Shown here piece after piece: positions 48,200-56,336 of a stretch of DNA of 64,000 nucleotides. This DNA is from Mediterraneibacter gnavus (GTDB taxonomy: Bacteria; Pseudomonadota; Alphaproteobacteria; RF32; CAG-239). Where the stretch lies: assembly GCA_963617265.1 (NCBI GenBank), contig CAVEOB010000001.1:8366-72365 (forward strand), written 5' to 3'. Position 1 is the stretch's first letter; every line of letters starts with the position of its first letter. The notes beneath the pieces were generated by a model that saw only the letters and a list, made by a program, of their open reading frames with translations, did not search any database and was not told the DNA's origin. The translations under genes and the position numbers were made by a program.

Positions 48200-49459
48200 T
48201 TGAAAAAACTTTTGAAAAAAAATAAATTCAAATTTAAAAAGCAAAAGGTTATTTATACTGAAAAAAAGCCTTTTTTAGCTGATAAAGAAATTATTTTCCG
48301 CAGTAACGGACGAGCTAAAGTTTTTAACATCTCCCATCGTTTACAGGTGTTTATGCTTATGCTTTTTGCGGCGGTGTTTGCTTGGTCGGGTTATAATTAC
48401 TATTTTTATCATGTATCTGCCTCTATTATTCATCACAAAGAAAAAGAATTGGGTAAAACCCGTGATGCCTATATGGATTTGATGTCTGATGTTACGGCGT
48501 TGCAAAATAATTTAAAAAGTGTGGTGTCTTCCATAGATGAAGCCGGCGACGGTTTGAAAGAAATTAAAAACTACAAAGAAAAAGCCTTAGTGGTAGAAGA
48601 TAAAATCAAGCAAATAGCTGATTCCGAAAGCTGGATTGATGCCGAAAAGGTGGAAGAAAAAGTTACTAAAAAAGAAGCTTTGCTGCAAAAAGATATGGTG
48701 CAGACCGAAAATGCCCAGTTAAAGCAAAAAATAGAAGAGCTGGGCGGAAAAATCACCAGCTTGCAAGAAACTGTAAAAGGTTTGGAAACGGCGGAAATCG
48801 CTATTTTGGATAAAATTCATAAGCTTTCGGGACGGGAAATAGATCAAATTAAAAATTCTTTGACGCAAATCAATAAGTCTTTGAAAGTAAAAAATAAATA
48901 TTTTAATCCGCTGGCAAATGTCAAAGAAGGCAAAGGCGGTGTGTATGAGCCGGCTCAGGGTATGAAAATAGAAAACCGCGAGCTGCTTAATAAATTGTCG
49001 GCAACGTTTAAGCAAATTGATACGCTGGAAAATTATAAGCAGGCGATGAAAGGCGTGCCGCTGGGCAAGCCGGTTTACCGCTATCAGCTAAGCTCTCCGT
49101 TTGGAACAAGACAAGATCCGTTTAAGGCTTATTTGGCAAATCATAAAGGTTTGGATATGCGAGCCGCAGCCGGCAGCAGAATTTCGGTTCAAGCTGCCGG
49201 ACGAGTTGTTTCTGCCGGTTATCAAAAAAACGGCTATGGCAATTTGGTGGTGGTTGATCACGGAAACGGTTTTGTGACCAAATATGCGCATATGCGTAAA
49301 ATTTATGTGAAAACAGGCGACAGAGTTGCCTATAACCAAGCGCTTGGCGAGGTGGGACGTACCGGACGTGCAACCGGCAATCATCTGCACTATGAAGTTT
49401 TGTTTCGCGGAGCTAATGTTAATCCGGTCGCGTTTATCACTCTTAACAGCCTGAATTAA
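48200..49459 (+). CDS. membrane-anchored coiled-coil M23 endopeptidase (LmdC/EnvC-like)
   Basis: Basic N-terminal tail, one TM helix, a roughly 200-aa coiled coil, then an M23 domain with HxxxD and HxH metal ligands (DHGNGFVTKYAHM...GNHLHYEV). TTG start with AAAGG RBS. Confidence 0.75.
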   Translation: MKKLLKKNKFKFKKQKVIYTEKKPFLADKEIIFRSNGRAKVFNISHRLQVFMLMLFAAVFAWSGYNYYFYHVSASIIHHKEKELGKTRDAYMDLMSDVTALQNNLKSVVSSIDEAGDGLKEIKNYKEKALVVEDKIKQIADSESWIDAEKVEEKVTKKEALLQKDMVQTENAQLKQKIEELGGKITSLQETVKGLETAEIAILDKIHKLSGREIDQIKNSLTQINKSLKVKNKYFNPLANVKEGKGGVYEPAQGMKIENRELLNKLSATFKQIDTLENYKQAMKGVPLGKPVYRYQLSSPFGTRQDPFKAYLANHKGLDMRAAAGSRISVQAAGRVVSAGYQKNGYGNLVVVDHGNGFVTKYAHMRKIYVKTGDRVAYNQALGEVGRTGRATGNHLHYEVLFRGANVNPVAFITLNSLN

Positions 49460-49469
49460 GGAGATAAAA

Positions 49470-49961
49470 ATGAGAAGTTTAAAACGTTTAATCTATTTGA
49501 AAATTGCTCGTATGAGCCGCGGCTCTAATACGCCGGTGCCAAGCATTATCAGCTGTGACACTAAAATAAAGGGCGATATCTGGGGCGGAGATACTATTCA
49601 TATCGACGGCAAACTTGAAGGCAATGTTATGTGCAATGAAGTGATTATCGGCACCCGCGGCTATATCGTCGGCGATATAAAGGCTAAATCGTTGAGCGTA
49701 TACGGTACTATTAACGGCGTGATAGATACAGACGAGCTGTTTGTGGCTAACAATGCGCGCTTAATAGGCAATGCATATTACAGCAAAATTGCTTTAGAGC
49801 CGGGGGCTTATATTGAAGGCAACTGCGTGCCTCGTTCACGTCGTCCGGAAGCTCAGACAAGACCGGCGGTAGCTCAAGCAAAACCGGCAGAACAGCCGAA
49901 AACAGAGCCTAAACCAGTAGAAGACAAGCCGGCAGAACCGTCGTTAAAAGCTGTGAAATAA
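49470..49961 (+). CDS. bactofilin
   Basis: DUF583 beta-helical repeats (IKGDIWGGDTIHIDGKLEGNV..., SLSVYGTINGVIDTDELFV...) and a Pro/Ala/Lys-rich C-tail. AAGGAG RBS. Confidence 0.8.
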   Translation: MRSLKRLIYLKIARMSRGSNTPVPSIISCDTKIKGDIWGGDTIHIDGKLEGNVMCNEVIIGTRGYIVGDIKAKSLSVYGTINGVIDTDELFVANNARLIGNAYYSKIALEPGAYIEGNCVPRSRRPEAQTRPAVAQAKPAEQPKTEPKPVEDKPAEPSLKAVK

Positions 49962-50440
49962 TGGCGGAAAAAAAGAAAAAATCTGATTTTATTTCGACAG
50001 GGCAGGTGGCGCAAAACCGCCGTGCGCATTTTGACTATGTGATTGACGAGGTTTTTCAGGCGGGTTTGGTGCTGACTGGAACAGAGGTTAAATCGCTGCG
50101 CTTGGGACATGCCAATATTAACGATGCTTACGGCATGGTGGAGCAGGGCGAAGTTTATATGTCAAACATATTTATTGCCGAATATGCCAACAAAGGCTAT
50201 GAAAGCCATGTGGAGCGCCGTAACCGCAAACTTTTGCTGCATCATAAAGAAATTATCAAAATTCAAAACGCTTTGGCTCGCAAGGGGGCTACTTTGATTG
50301 CTATGAAACTGTATTTTGACAATCACGGCAGAGCTAAACTGGAAATCGGTTTAGGACGAGGTAAAAAACTCTATGACAAGCGAGAAACGGCTAAAGAACG
50401 TGATTGGAACCGTGAAAAATCCCGTCTGCTGGTACATTAA
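49961..50440 (+). CDS. smpB: SsrA-binding protein SmpB
   Basis: 159 aa. Matches SmpB across its length (NRRAHFDY, GTEVKSLR, C-terminal basic tail). Confidence 0.9.
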   Translation: MAEKKKKSDFISTGQVAQNRRAHFDYVIDEVFQAGLVLTGTEVKSLRLGHANINDAYGMVEQGEVYMSNIFIAEYANKGYESHVERRNRKLLLHHKEIIKIQNALARKGATLIAMKLYFDNHGRAKLEIGLGRGKKLYDKRETAKERDWNREKSRLLVH

Positions 50441-50470
50441 AAATAGCTGTGTGAAATTTCTAACTCCAAA

Positions 50471-50507
50471 AATAAAAGTCTGATGTTTTTTACATCAGAC
50501 TTTTATT
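50471..50507. terminator. bidirectional rho-independent terminator (15-bp stem AATAAAAGTCTGATG / CATCAGACTTTTATT)
   Basis: Perfect stem with a TTTTTTA loop, after smpB (+). It overlaps the 3' end of the minus-strand 87-aa ORF. Confidence 0.6.
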
Positions 50508-50771
50508 TTAAACTCCTAAACCCGCTAAAAGGCGACCATCTTCTTTTTCTAAAGCTGTCGGCTCACGATAAAACTCTGCTAGAGTCTTGCCGGCTGCGGT
50601 AAGTTTCCAAAGTTTTTCTGCATTGCCCACTGTTTGATGTTCTTTGATAAAACCCATGGCAACCAGATGCTGATACATTTTTAATCCGATATCCTTAATC
50701 AGATTTTTGACATTACCTTGTTGAGCCTCGCTAATAATCTTAAAAGCATTAACAATATCTTTCATACGCAT
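50508..50771 (-). CDS. hypothetical small protein (87 aa), immediately downstream of the pilin genes
   Basis: ORF with host-like codon usage on the same strand as the pilins. No motif I can name. Confidence 0.4.
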   Translation of the reverse strand: MRMKDIVNAFKIISEAQQGNVKNLIKDIGLKMYQHLVAMGFIKEHQTVGNAEKLWKLTAAGKTLAEFYREPTALEKEDGRLLAGLGV

Positions 50772-50856
50772 AACAATTAATTTTACATAAAAATAACAAT
50801 TTAGACCAAAGATAAAATATCAGCACATTATTGTCAATGCTATTAAAGGTATCTTG

Positions 50857-51534
50857 TTAGTATTCAAGAAAGTTTACAGCTATATAGCACTCTTTACTAT
50901 CTTCCTGACAAGATTTGCAAATGTTTTGAATGTCACTAAGAGTCATGGTATCCAAACACTTTCTATCGCCTCCGCAATTTGTGTTGCCGTAAAAATAGCT
51001 GCCTATTGCGGTTTCATAATTGGTGGTATAAACGCCGGCATATCCTAATACGGATGATATCGGCTTTAGCCAGTTATTGAAAAACGTTAGGCAGACATCC
51101 AGCTGAAATTCAGAAGTGGAGCTGAAGTTGTTGACATTTTTTCCTAAATAAATATCTATAATAACACGTCTTTTATCAGTGTCAGAGTCATATCTCATAA
51201 ACAGATGGGTAAGGTTGTTGTGACCATCGTTAAGATAGACTGTTCTTGAGCTAACAAGCGGTTTCCAGCTGTCAGGAAGCCAGCCCATATCTTTGGCAAG
51301 GTTGTAGAGTTCAGAGTCTTTAGTTTTTATGGAAGAATAAGACTTGAGCAAGTTTGGATAATTTTCTACCAAATTGAAAGTAAGATTGCTGTAGTCTTCT
51401 ATCATTTTGTTGATTTTGAATTTTTGCATGGCTTTAGAATAGCCAGCAATGCCGCCCACGGATAATACGCCGATAATCGCCAGCACGCCCAGCATTTCTA
51501 TCATTGAACGACCGGCATTGTTTAATTTTATCAT
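50857..51534 (-). CDS. type IV pilin-like protein, paralogue 2 (class III signal peptide)
   Basis: N-terminus MIKLNNAG|RSMIEMLGVLAIIGVL: Gly at -1, Glu at +5 and a hydrophobic alpha-1 helix. 225 aa. The first 140 aa are identical to paralogue 1; the C-terminal region diverges but keeps paired Cys residues. The track ORF extends to 51645 through the TC tract. Confidence 0.65.
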   Translation of the reverse strand: MIKLNNAGRSMIEMLGVLAIIGVLSVGGIAGYSKAMQKFKINKMIEDYSNLTFNLVENYPNLLKSYSSIKTKDSELYNLAKDMGWLPDSWKPLVSSRTVYLNDGHNNLTHLFMRYDSDTDKRRVIIDIYLGKNVNNFSSTSEFQLDVCLTFFNNWLKPISSVLGYAGVYTTNYETAIGSYFYGNTNCGGDRKCLDTMTLSDIQNICKSCQEDSKECYIAVNFLEY

Positions 51535-51540
51535 TTGAGC
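51162..51540. repeat. roughly 380 bp direct repeat (copy 2), identical to 52022..52400
   Basis: Nucleotide-identical block covering the 5' roughly 420 bp of both pilin genes (offset 860 bp). Confidence 0.8.
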
Positions 51541-51561
51541 TCTCCTAAATGCAGGATTTAC

Positions 51562-51576
51562 AGAGAGAGAGAGAGA
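51562..51576. repeat. (TC)7 / (AG)7 dinucleotide tract in the pilin-2 leader
   Basis: Sequence agagagagagagaga on the + strand, between an upstream ATG (51600, GAGGA RBS) and the pilin ATG (51534). Confidence 0.8.
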
Positions 51577-51664
51577 AAGGTTGAATAGCTTGATTTTCAT
51601 TTTATCCTCGTATTTAAATTTATAGGTTATAATAATTTGCAACATTTAAAAATATATTAACAAA

Positions 51665-51703
51665 ATAAAAATAAAACTCCGAATTTTCGGAGCTTTATTT
51701 TTA
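51665..51703. terminator. rho-independent terminator after pilin paralogue 1 (AAATAAAACTCCGAA-AAT-TTCGGAGCTTTATTT, read on the + strand)
   Basis: Perfect hairpin with flanking T/A runs, 14 nt downstream of the paralogue-1 stop. Confidence 0.6.
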
Positions 51704-51716
51704 TATTCAGGAAATC

Positions 51717-52394
51717 TTAGTATGGTAAAAAGTTTACGGCGATGTAACATTTACCAAAATTATCCGTACCCTGATCGGTTTGGCAAGCTTTGCAGAGGTT
51801 GTTAATGTCGCTTAAAGTCATTGAAGACAGACATTTTTTATCGCCGCCGCAGGCGGCATTGCCATAAAAATAGGTAGACACCGAACCTTCTGTACCGGCA
51901 TAATAAATGACATCAGCCATAGAAACCAGCCAGTTGCTGAAAATAGCCCTACAGCTTTCTAAAGAAACTTGCGGAAGCTCGGTTAAATTATCTATATTCC
52001 GTCCAATATATATATCTATAATAACACGTCTTTTATCAGTGTCAGAGTCATATCTCATAAACAGATGGGTAAGGTTGTTGTGACCATCGTTAAGATAGAC
52101 TGTTCTTGAGCTAACAAGCGGTTTCCAGCTGTCAGGAAGCCAGCCCATATCTTTGGCAAGGTTGTAGAGTTCAGAGTCTTTAGTTTTTATGGAAGAATAA
52201 GACTTGAGCAAGTTTGGATAATTTTCTACCAAATTGAAAGTAAGATTGCTGTAGTCTTCTATCATTTTGTTGATTTTGAATTTTTGCATGGCTTTAGAAT
52301 AGCCAGCAATGCCGCCCACGGATAATACGCCGATAATCGCCAGCACGCCCAGCATTTCTATCATTGAACGACCGGCATTGTTTAATTTTATCAT
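51717..52394 (-). CDS. type IV pilin-like protein, paralogue 1 (class III signal peptide)
   Basis: Same N-terminus as paralogue 2. 225 aa. Own sigma70-like promoter and terminator. Confidence 0.7.
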   Translation of the reverse strand: MIKLNNAGRSMIEMLGVLAIIGVLSVGGIAGYSKAMQKFKINKMIEDYSNLTFNLVENYPNLLKSYSSIKTKDSELYNLAKDMGWLPDSWKPLVSSRTVYLNDGHNNLTHLFMRYDSDTDKRRVIIDIYIGRNIDNLTELPQVSLESCRAIFSNWLVSMADVIYYAGTEGSVSTYFYGNAACGGDKKCLSSMTLSDINNLCKACQTDQGTDNFGKCYIAVNFLPY

Positions 52395-52400
52395 TTGAGC
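52022..52400. repeat. roughly 380 bp direct repeat (copy 1), identical to 51162..51540
   Basis: See copy 2. Confidence 0.8.
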
Positions 52401-52422
52401 TCTCCAAAATGCAGAATTTGCA

Positions 52423-52432
52423 GAGAGAGAGA
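52423..52432. repeat. (TC)5 / (AG)5 dinucleotide tract in the pilin-1 leader
   Basis: Sequence agagagagag on the + strand, between an upstream ATG (52449, GGAG RBS) and the pilin ATG (52394). Confidence 0.8.
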
Positions 52433-52480
52433 CATTGTTTAGTTTTCATTTTTTTCTCCGTTTTGTGTTTTAACGTATTT

Positions 52481-52509
52481 ATATTACACATATGCTTTGT
52501 ATATGTCAA
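52481..52509 (-). promoter_or_regulatory. sigma70-type promoter for pilin paralogue 1 (TTGACA-17-TAATAT)
   Basis: Consensus -35 (52509..52504), 17-nt spacer and near-consensus -10 (52486..52481), about 85 nt upstream of the pilin ATG. Confidence 0.5.
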
Positions 52510-52560
52510 TGATAAGTTGTAAATGCAGGGGATTAAAAATGTTTTTACCGGCAGAAGAAA

Positions 52561-53442
52561 CTACATTCGTTTCAAATATTCGGCAAAGTTAACAACGGCA
52601 GAGCTTACTTCGTCTGCAACTTCGGCAAATTCGGCGTTTTTGCACAAATTTGCCTCATCGGCGTAAAGCGCGCGGTTAAGTTCCAGCTGCAGCGTATACA
52701 TTTTCCGTTTGGGCTGGCAATAGTTAAAAGTGATATAGGCTCCGGAATAAGGGCAATTTTCCTGCACGCTGTAATTATAATCCCAAAACTGCGAGGCGAG
52801 GAAATCACTGTATTCCTGCGGGCAGCTTTGGCTGAATAAATTGCCCAAGCAAACATCAATGCCGGAACGATCGTCAATAATGGAGCAAATTTTAGACGGC
52901 ATGGAGTGGCAATCCAGCACTACGCAGAAACCAAACTTTTTTAGGCATTTGTTGATAAGCTGCTGCAGGTGGTTGTGATAGGCGTCAAAAACATTGCTTA
53001 AACGAGCCTCGACTTCGTTATAATCCAGCAAGCCGTCATAAAGGTTCTCCCGCCTGAAGTTGATACGGTGGATTACGCCTAAGCCGACGCGGCAATGCTT
53101 GTCATATAAAATGTCTTTTTCTTTAGGATAATTATAGAACATTGTGGGATCAAGCTCCAGCCTGTCGCGGTTTAAGTCAACAAAAGTGCGGCTCAAATTC
53201 ATTTTTAGGGCGGTCAGACCTTTGGCGATTGCACCTTGCAGCAATTCGTCAACCAGCAAATCTTCATTGCGGCGCAGCGTCTTTTCATCAAATCGCACAT
53301 TCTGTAAAAATTCCGGCGGAAAAACCGTGCCGCTGTGCGGTATGGAAAGAATTAGCGGATACTGTATCTTGTCGGCGTTAAATTCATCACAAACCGACAG
53401 ATTTTTATAATTAACCGTAAAGACAACTTTTTTATCCGCCAT
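52561..53442 (-). CDS. N-formylglutamate amidohydrolase family protein
   Basis: 293 aa with the family's conserved IPHSG near the N-terminus and a later (V)LDCHSM motif. Confidence 0.6.
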   Translation of the reverse strand: MADKKVVFTVNYKNLSVCDEFNADKIQYPLILSIPHSGTVFPPEFLQNVRFDEKTLRRNEDLLVDELLQGAIAKGLTALKMNLSRTFVDLNRDRLELDPTMFYNYPKEKDILYDKHCRVGLGVIHRINFRRENLYDGLLDYNEVEARLSNVFDAYHNHLQQLINKCLKKFGFCVVLDCHSMPSKICSIIDDRSGIDVCLGNLFSQSCPQEYSDFLASQFWDYNYSVQENCPYSGAYITFNYCQPKRKMYTLQLELNRALYADEANLCKNAEFAEVADEVSSAVVNFAEYLKRM

Positions 53443-53449
53443 GCAGCAC

Positions 53450-54322
53450 CTATTTTTTGAGGGTTAAAGTTTTGCGGGGAACTTTGTGTTCAACAGGTTT
53501 GGCTTCTGCCGGTTTTCTTTTGTTGAACGGTTTGCGTTCTGCGGTTCCGCGTTTAAAAGTTTTTCGATCGTCAGATTTGAATTTTTTGACGTCGCCGAAT
53601 TTGCGGCGGTGCGGCTTGAAATCTTTTTTATCTTCTTTGTCGTCTTTTTTAAAATCTTTATGCTTAAAATCGCTGCGTTTGGAAAAAGTTTTTTTCTTTT
53701 GGATTTTTTCGGCTTTTTCTTTTTCGGCACGTTTGCGTTTGGTGGCGTCTTTTTCTACCGACCAGCCGAATTTGCCGAGCTGTTCGCCCAAAGCGTAATA
53801 AAAGCCGTGGGCATAGGCAAGCAGTCCGGCTTTTTCCAAATGCAAAGCGTTTTTCTCATCAATATATTTGTCATCAACATTGACAGCTAAAACTTCTGCC
53901 AAAAACATATCATGCGTCGCTGGCTGAGTTTCTGTGCCGAGGTGTTTAATTTCCAGCACCCGACACTCTAAAGAAATCGGAGATTCCAAAACTTGCGGCG
54001 CGGCTATTTTTGAACACGGAGCGGCGGTTAAACCAGTTAGTTCAAACTTGTTGACAGTGCGTCCGCTTTTTACGCCACACATATCAACCTGTTTTGTCAG
54101 CGCAACAGTCGGCAGATTGATAACAAATTCTTTGGTTTGGCTGATAATTTCATGGCTGTAACGCGACGGACGCAGCGAAACATATACCAATGTGGGGTCG
54201 CTGCACAAAATTCCCGTCCATGCCGCCGTCATCACGTTTGGATTTTCCATTGAGCCGCAAGAAACCAAAACCGGCGGCAGCGGCGCCATCAATGTTCCGG
54301 CGCGCCATGCAATCTTTGCCAT
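53450..54322 (-). CDS. flavin reductase-like (HpaC/NtaB FMN-binding split-barrel) protein with roughly 95-aa Lys-rich basic C-terminal tail
   Basis: N-terminal roughly 190 aa match the flavin reductase domain (…NVMTAAWTGILCSDPTLVYVSLRPSRYS…). The C-terminus is KRKRAEKEKAEKIQKKK...KDFKKDDKEDKKDFKPHRRKF..., pure K/D/E/F low complexity. Confidence 0.65.
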   Translation of the reverse strand: MAKIAWRAGTLMAPLPPVLVSCGSMENPNVMTAAWTGILCSDPTLVYVSLRPSRYSHEIISQTKEFVINLPTVALTKQVDMCGVKSGRTVNKFELTGLTAAPCSKIAAPQVLESPISLECRVLEIKHLGTETQPATHDMFLAEVLAVNVDDKYIDEKNALHLEKAGLLAYAHGFYYALGEQLGKFGWSVEKDATKRKRAEKEKAEKIQKKKTFSKRSDFKHKDFKKDDKEDKKDFKPHRRKFGDVKKFKSDDRKTFKRGTAERKPFNKRKPAEAKPVEHKVPRKTLTLKK

Positions 54323-54583
54323 AAATAAAACTCCTGTTACATATTAAACTCTTGGCAGTATATACCCGATTTTTTTAACAGTCAAGCAAAGTCAAGGTCT
54401 GCCGCTTTTTTACGGCAAACCTATTTTGTCAGGAATAAAACTATGAAAATTCATAGTAATTTTAATATAGCATCTTTTACGGCAATTTTATATAAATCAT
54501 AAGCACGGTTTTGGGTGATAAATAGTTTAATAAGTTGCAGAATCTCGTTGTAAAAATAATACAATGAGCTAAGCTGTCTGCAA

Positions 54584-54841
54584 ATGGAGAAAAAAATGAA
54601 AGATTTAGATTTAAGCAAATTGAGCTTTGAAGACGCACTGGTTCAGCTGGAAAGTATTGTCCGTGAGCTGGAAGGCGGAAAAATAAAACTTGACGATGCG
54701 GTTGAAGCCTATGAAAAAGCAACTGCCTTAAAAAAATTCTGTGAAGAAAAGCTGAAAGCCGCTCAGCTGAAAATTGAAAAAATAAATGTGTCGCCGGAAG
54801 GTGTTGTTTCTACAGAACCTTTAGACAAGGTGGAGGAATAA
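54584..54841 (+). CDS. xseB: exodeoxyribonuclease VII small subunit
   Basis: 85 aa with LSFEDALVQLESIVRELEGGKIKLDDAVEAYEKATAL, the canonical XseB helix-turn-helix core. Confidence 0.85.
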   Translation: MEKKMKDLDLSKLSFEDALVQLESIVRELEGGKIKLDDAVEAYEKATALKKFCEEKLKAAQLKIEKINVSPEGVVSTEPLDKVEE

Positions 54842-55737
54842 TGACAGACATCAAACAAAACTTGAAAGAATTTTCTGCGCAATTTAATGCTGATTTGGCG
54901 CAATATTTTCTGCTGCCGAACAGAGCTGAAAGGCGAGTGGTTGAAGCAATGGGATATTCGCTGATGAACGGCGGCAAGCGCCTGCGTCCGTTTTTGCTCT
55001 GTCAATGCGCGGCTTTGTTTGATGTGGATTATAAAACAGCTTTGCCGGCAGCGGCGTCTTTGGAAATGCTGCATACTTATTCGCTAATTCATGATGATTT
55101 GCCGGCAATGGATAATGACGACCTGCGCCGCGGCAATCCGACTTGTCATAAAAAATTTGATGAGGCAACCGCAATTTTGGCTGGAGACGGGCTTTTAACT
55201 TATGCTTTCAGAGTGCTGTCATCAGCTTTGGAAATACGTCCGGAAATCCGTTTGACCTTGGTTCAGCTGCTGTCTGATGCCGCCGGAGCCTTTGGCGGCA
55301 TGGTCGCTGGTCAGACTTTGGATTTGTATGCAGAGCCAACCGGAACCGATAAAGGCGATGAAGATATTATTGCCCGTTTGGAAGAAATGAAAACCGGTCG
55401 TTTGCTGCGTTATGCCTGCGAAGCTGGTGCCGTGCTGGGGCAAGCGCCGCTGGAACAGCGTCAGGCATTGGTCTTCTATTCCCGTAAAATTGGGCAGACT
55501 TTTCAAATCAGCGATGATATTTTGGACCTTGAAGGCGACCAAAATTTGGTTGGAAAAACTTTGCATAAAGACGAATCTCAAAACAAGTTTACTATTGTCA
55601 GCCGTTTTGGGACGGCAGAGGCTAAAAAGCTGGCGTTGAAACTTACGGAAGAAGCAATCAGAGATGTTGAAATTTTCGGTAAAAAAGCTGAAGTTTTACA
55701 AGAACTTGCCCGCTTTATTATAGAACGCAACCACTAA
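54841..55737 (+). CDS. ispA: farnesyl diphosphate synthase (polyprenyl synthetase family)
   Basis: FARM LIHDDLPAMDNDDLRRG and SARM FQISDDILD. Conserved position after xseB. Confidence 0.85.
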   Translation: MTDIKQNLKEFSAQFNADLAQYFLLPNRAERRVVEAMGYSLMNGGKRLRPFLLCQCAALFDVDYKTALPAAASLEMLHTYSLIHDDLPAMDNDDLRRGNPTCHKKFDEATAILAGDGLLTYAFRVLSSALEIRPEIRLTLVQLLSDAAGAFGGMVAGQTLDLYAEPTGTDKGDEDIIARLEEMKTGRLLRYACEAGAVLGQAPLEQRQALVFYSRKIGQTFQISDDILDLEGDQNLVGKTLHKDESQNKFTIVSRFGTAEAKKLALKLTEEAIRDVEIFGKKAEVLQELARFIIERNH

Positions 55738-55810
55738 AAAAATCTGTTGCATGACAGCCGTTTTTATGATATGCTGAAAGCATAAAATATAATTATGAAA
55801 ACGGAGGTGT

Positions 55811-56203
55811 GTGATGCCTGAAAAGAAAAAAATTACTGCTGGTCAGCAATTTATGAAATTGTTGGAAAATGCCGCAAAAGATAAAAGCAGACTGTTAGAT
55901 TTAGCCAGTGCCGTTATTAAGCACTCTCACTCTAAGCGCGGGTTAAAAAGCCGGAATTTACCGGATAGTGAATCGGCTGTTAAAATGAGCGCGTCTATTG
56001 CTAAATTTAATGCAATTGCCGGAAAAGATGTTTCTACCGACGGTATGTTGGCGATGGTTGCTAATACTTATCGGCAAGAAGGCTTTGGCTCTCCTAAAAA
56101 ATTTAAAGAAGATTTTAAGAAAAAACATCCGGAAGAATATGAGAGTAGTTCTGCTAAAACCGCTGTTCTAATGGCTCAGCGCCGCGCCGTGGTAAACGGA
56201 TAG
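55811..56203 (+). CDS. hypothetical protein (130 aa)
   Basis: ORF with host-like codons. It occupies the position where dxs usually follows ispA. Confidence 0.45.
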   Translation: MMPEKKKITAGQQFMKLLENAAKDKSRLLDLASAVIKHSHSKRGLKSRNLPDSESAVKMSASIAKFNAIAGKDVSTDGMLAMVANTYRQEGFGSPKKFKEDFKKKHPEEYESSSAKTAVLMAQRRAVVNG

Positions 56204-56336
56204 TTATATTTTATAGTTTGTTTCTCCTTATCCGCCGATAGCTCCGTCGGCGGTTTTCTTTTGTGTGTTTGTAAAAAATATGTTGATTTATCTGCTAAAT
56301 TACGTATGGTAAGAAAAAAACAAAGGAGAATAAAAT

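Noticed and set aside
51534-51645. Track ORF extension that makes pilin paralogue 2 262 aa long
   Set aside because: It was not annotated as the primary CDS. The canonical prepilin start MIKLNNAG|RSMIE with its own RBS is identical to paralogue 1. The extension passes through the (TC)7 tract and is reported as a phase-variation finding instead.
51551-52440. Possible CRISPR-like or tandem-repeat array
   Set aside because: The two TC/AG tracts are simple dinucleotide SSRs 860 bp apart within duplicated gene leaders. They are not spacer-separated direct repeats.
53486-53890. 134-aa + ORF rich in Phe
   Set aside because: It is the antisense frame of the Lys-rich tail (AAA/AAG codons read as TTT/CTT) of the flavin reductase gene.
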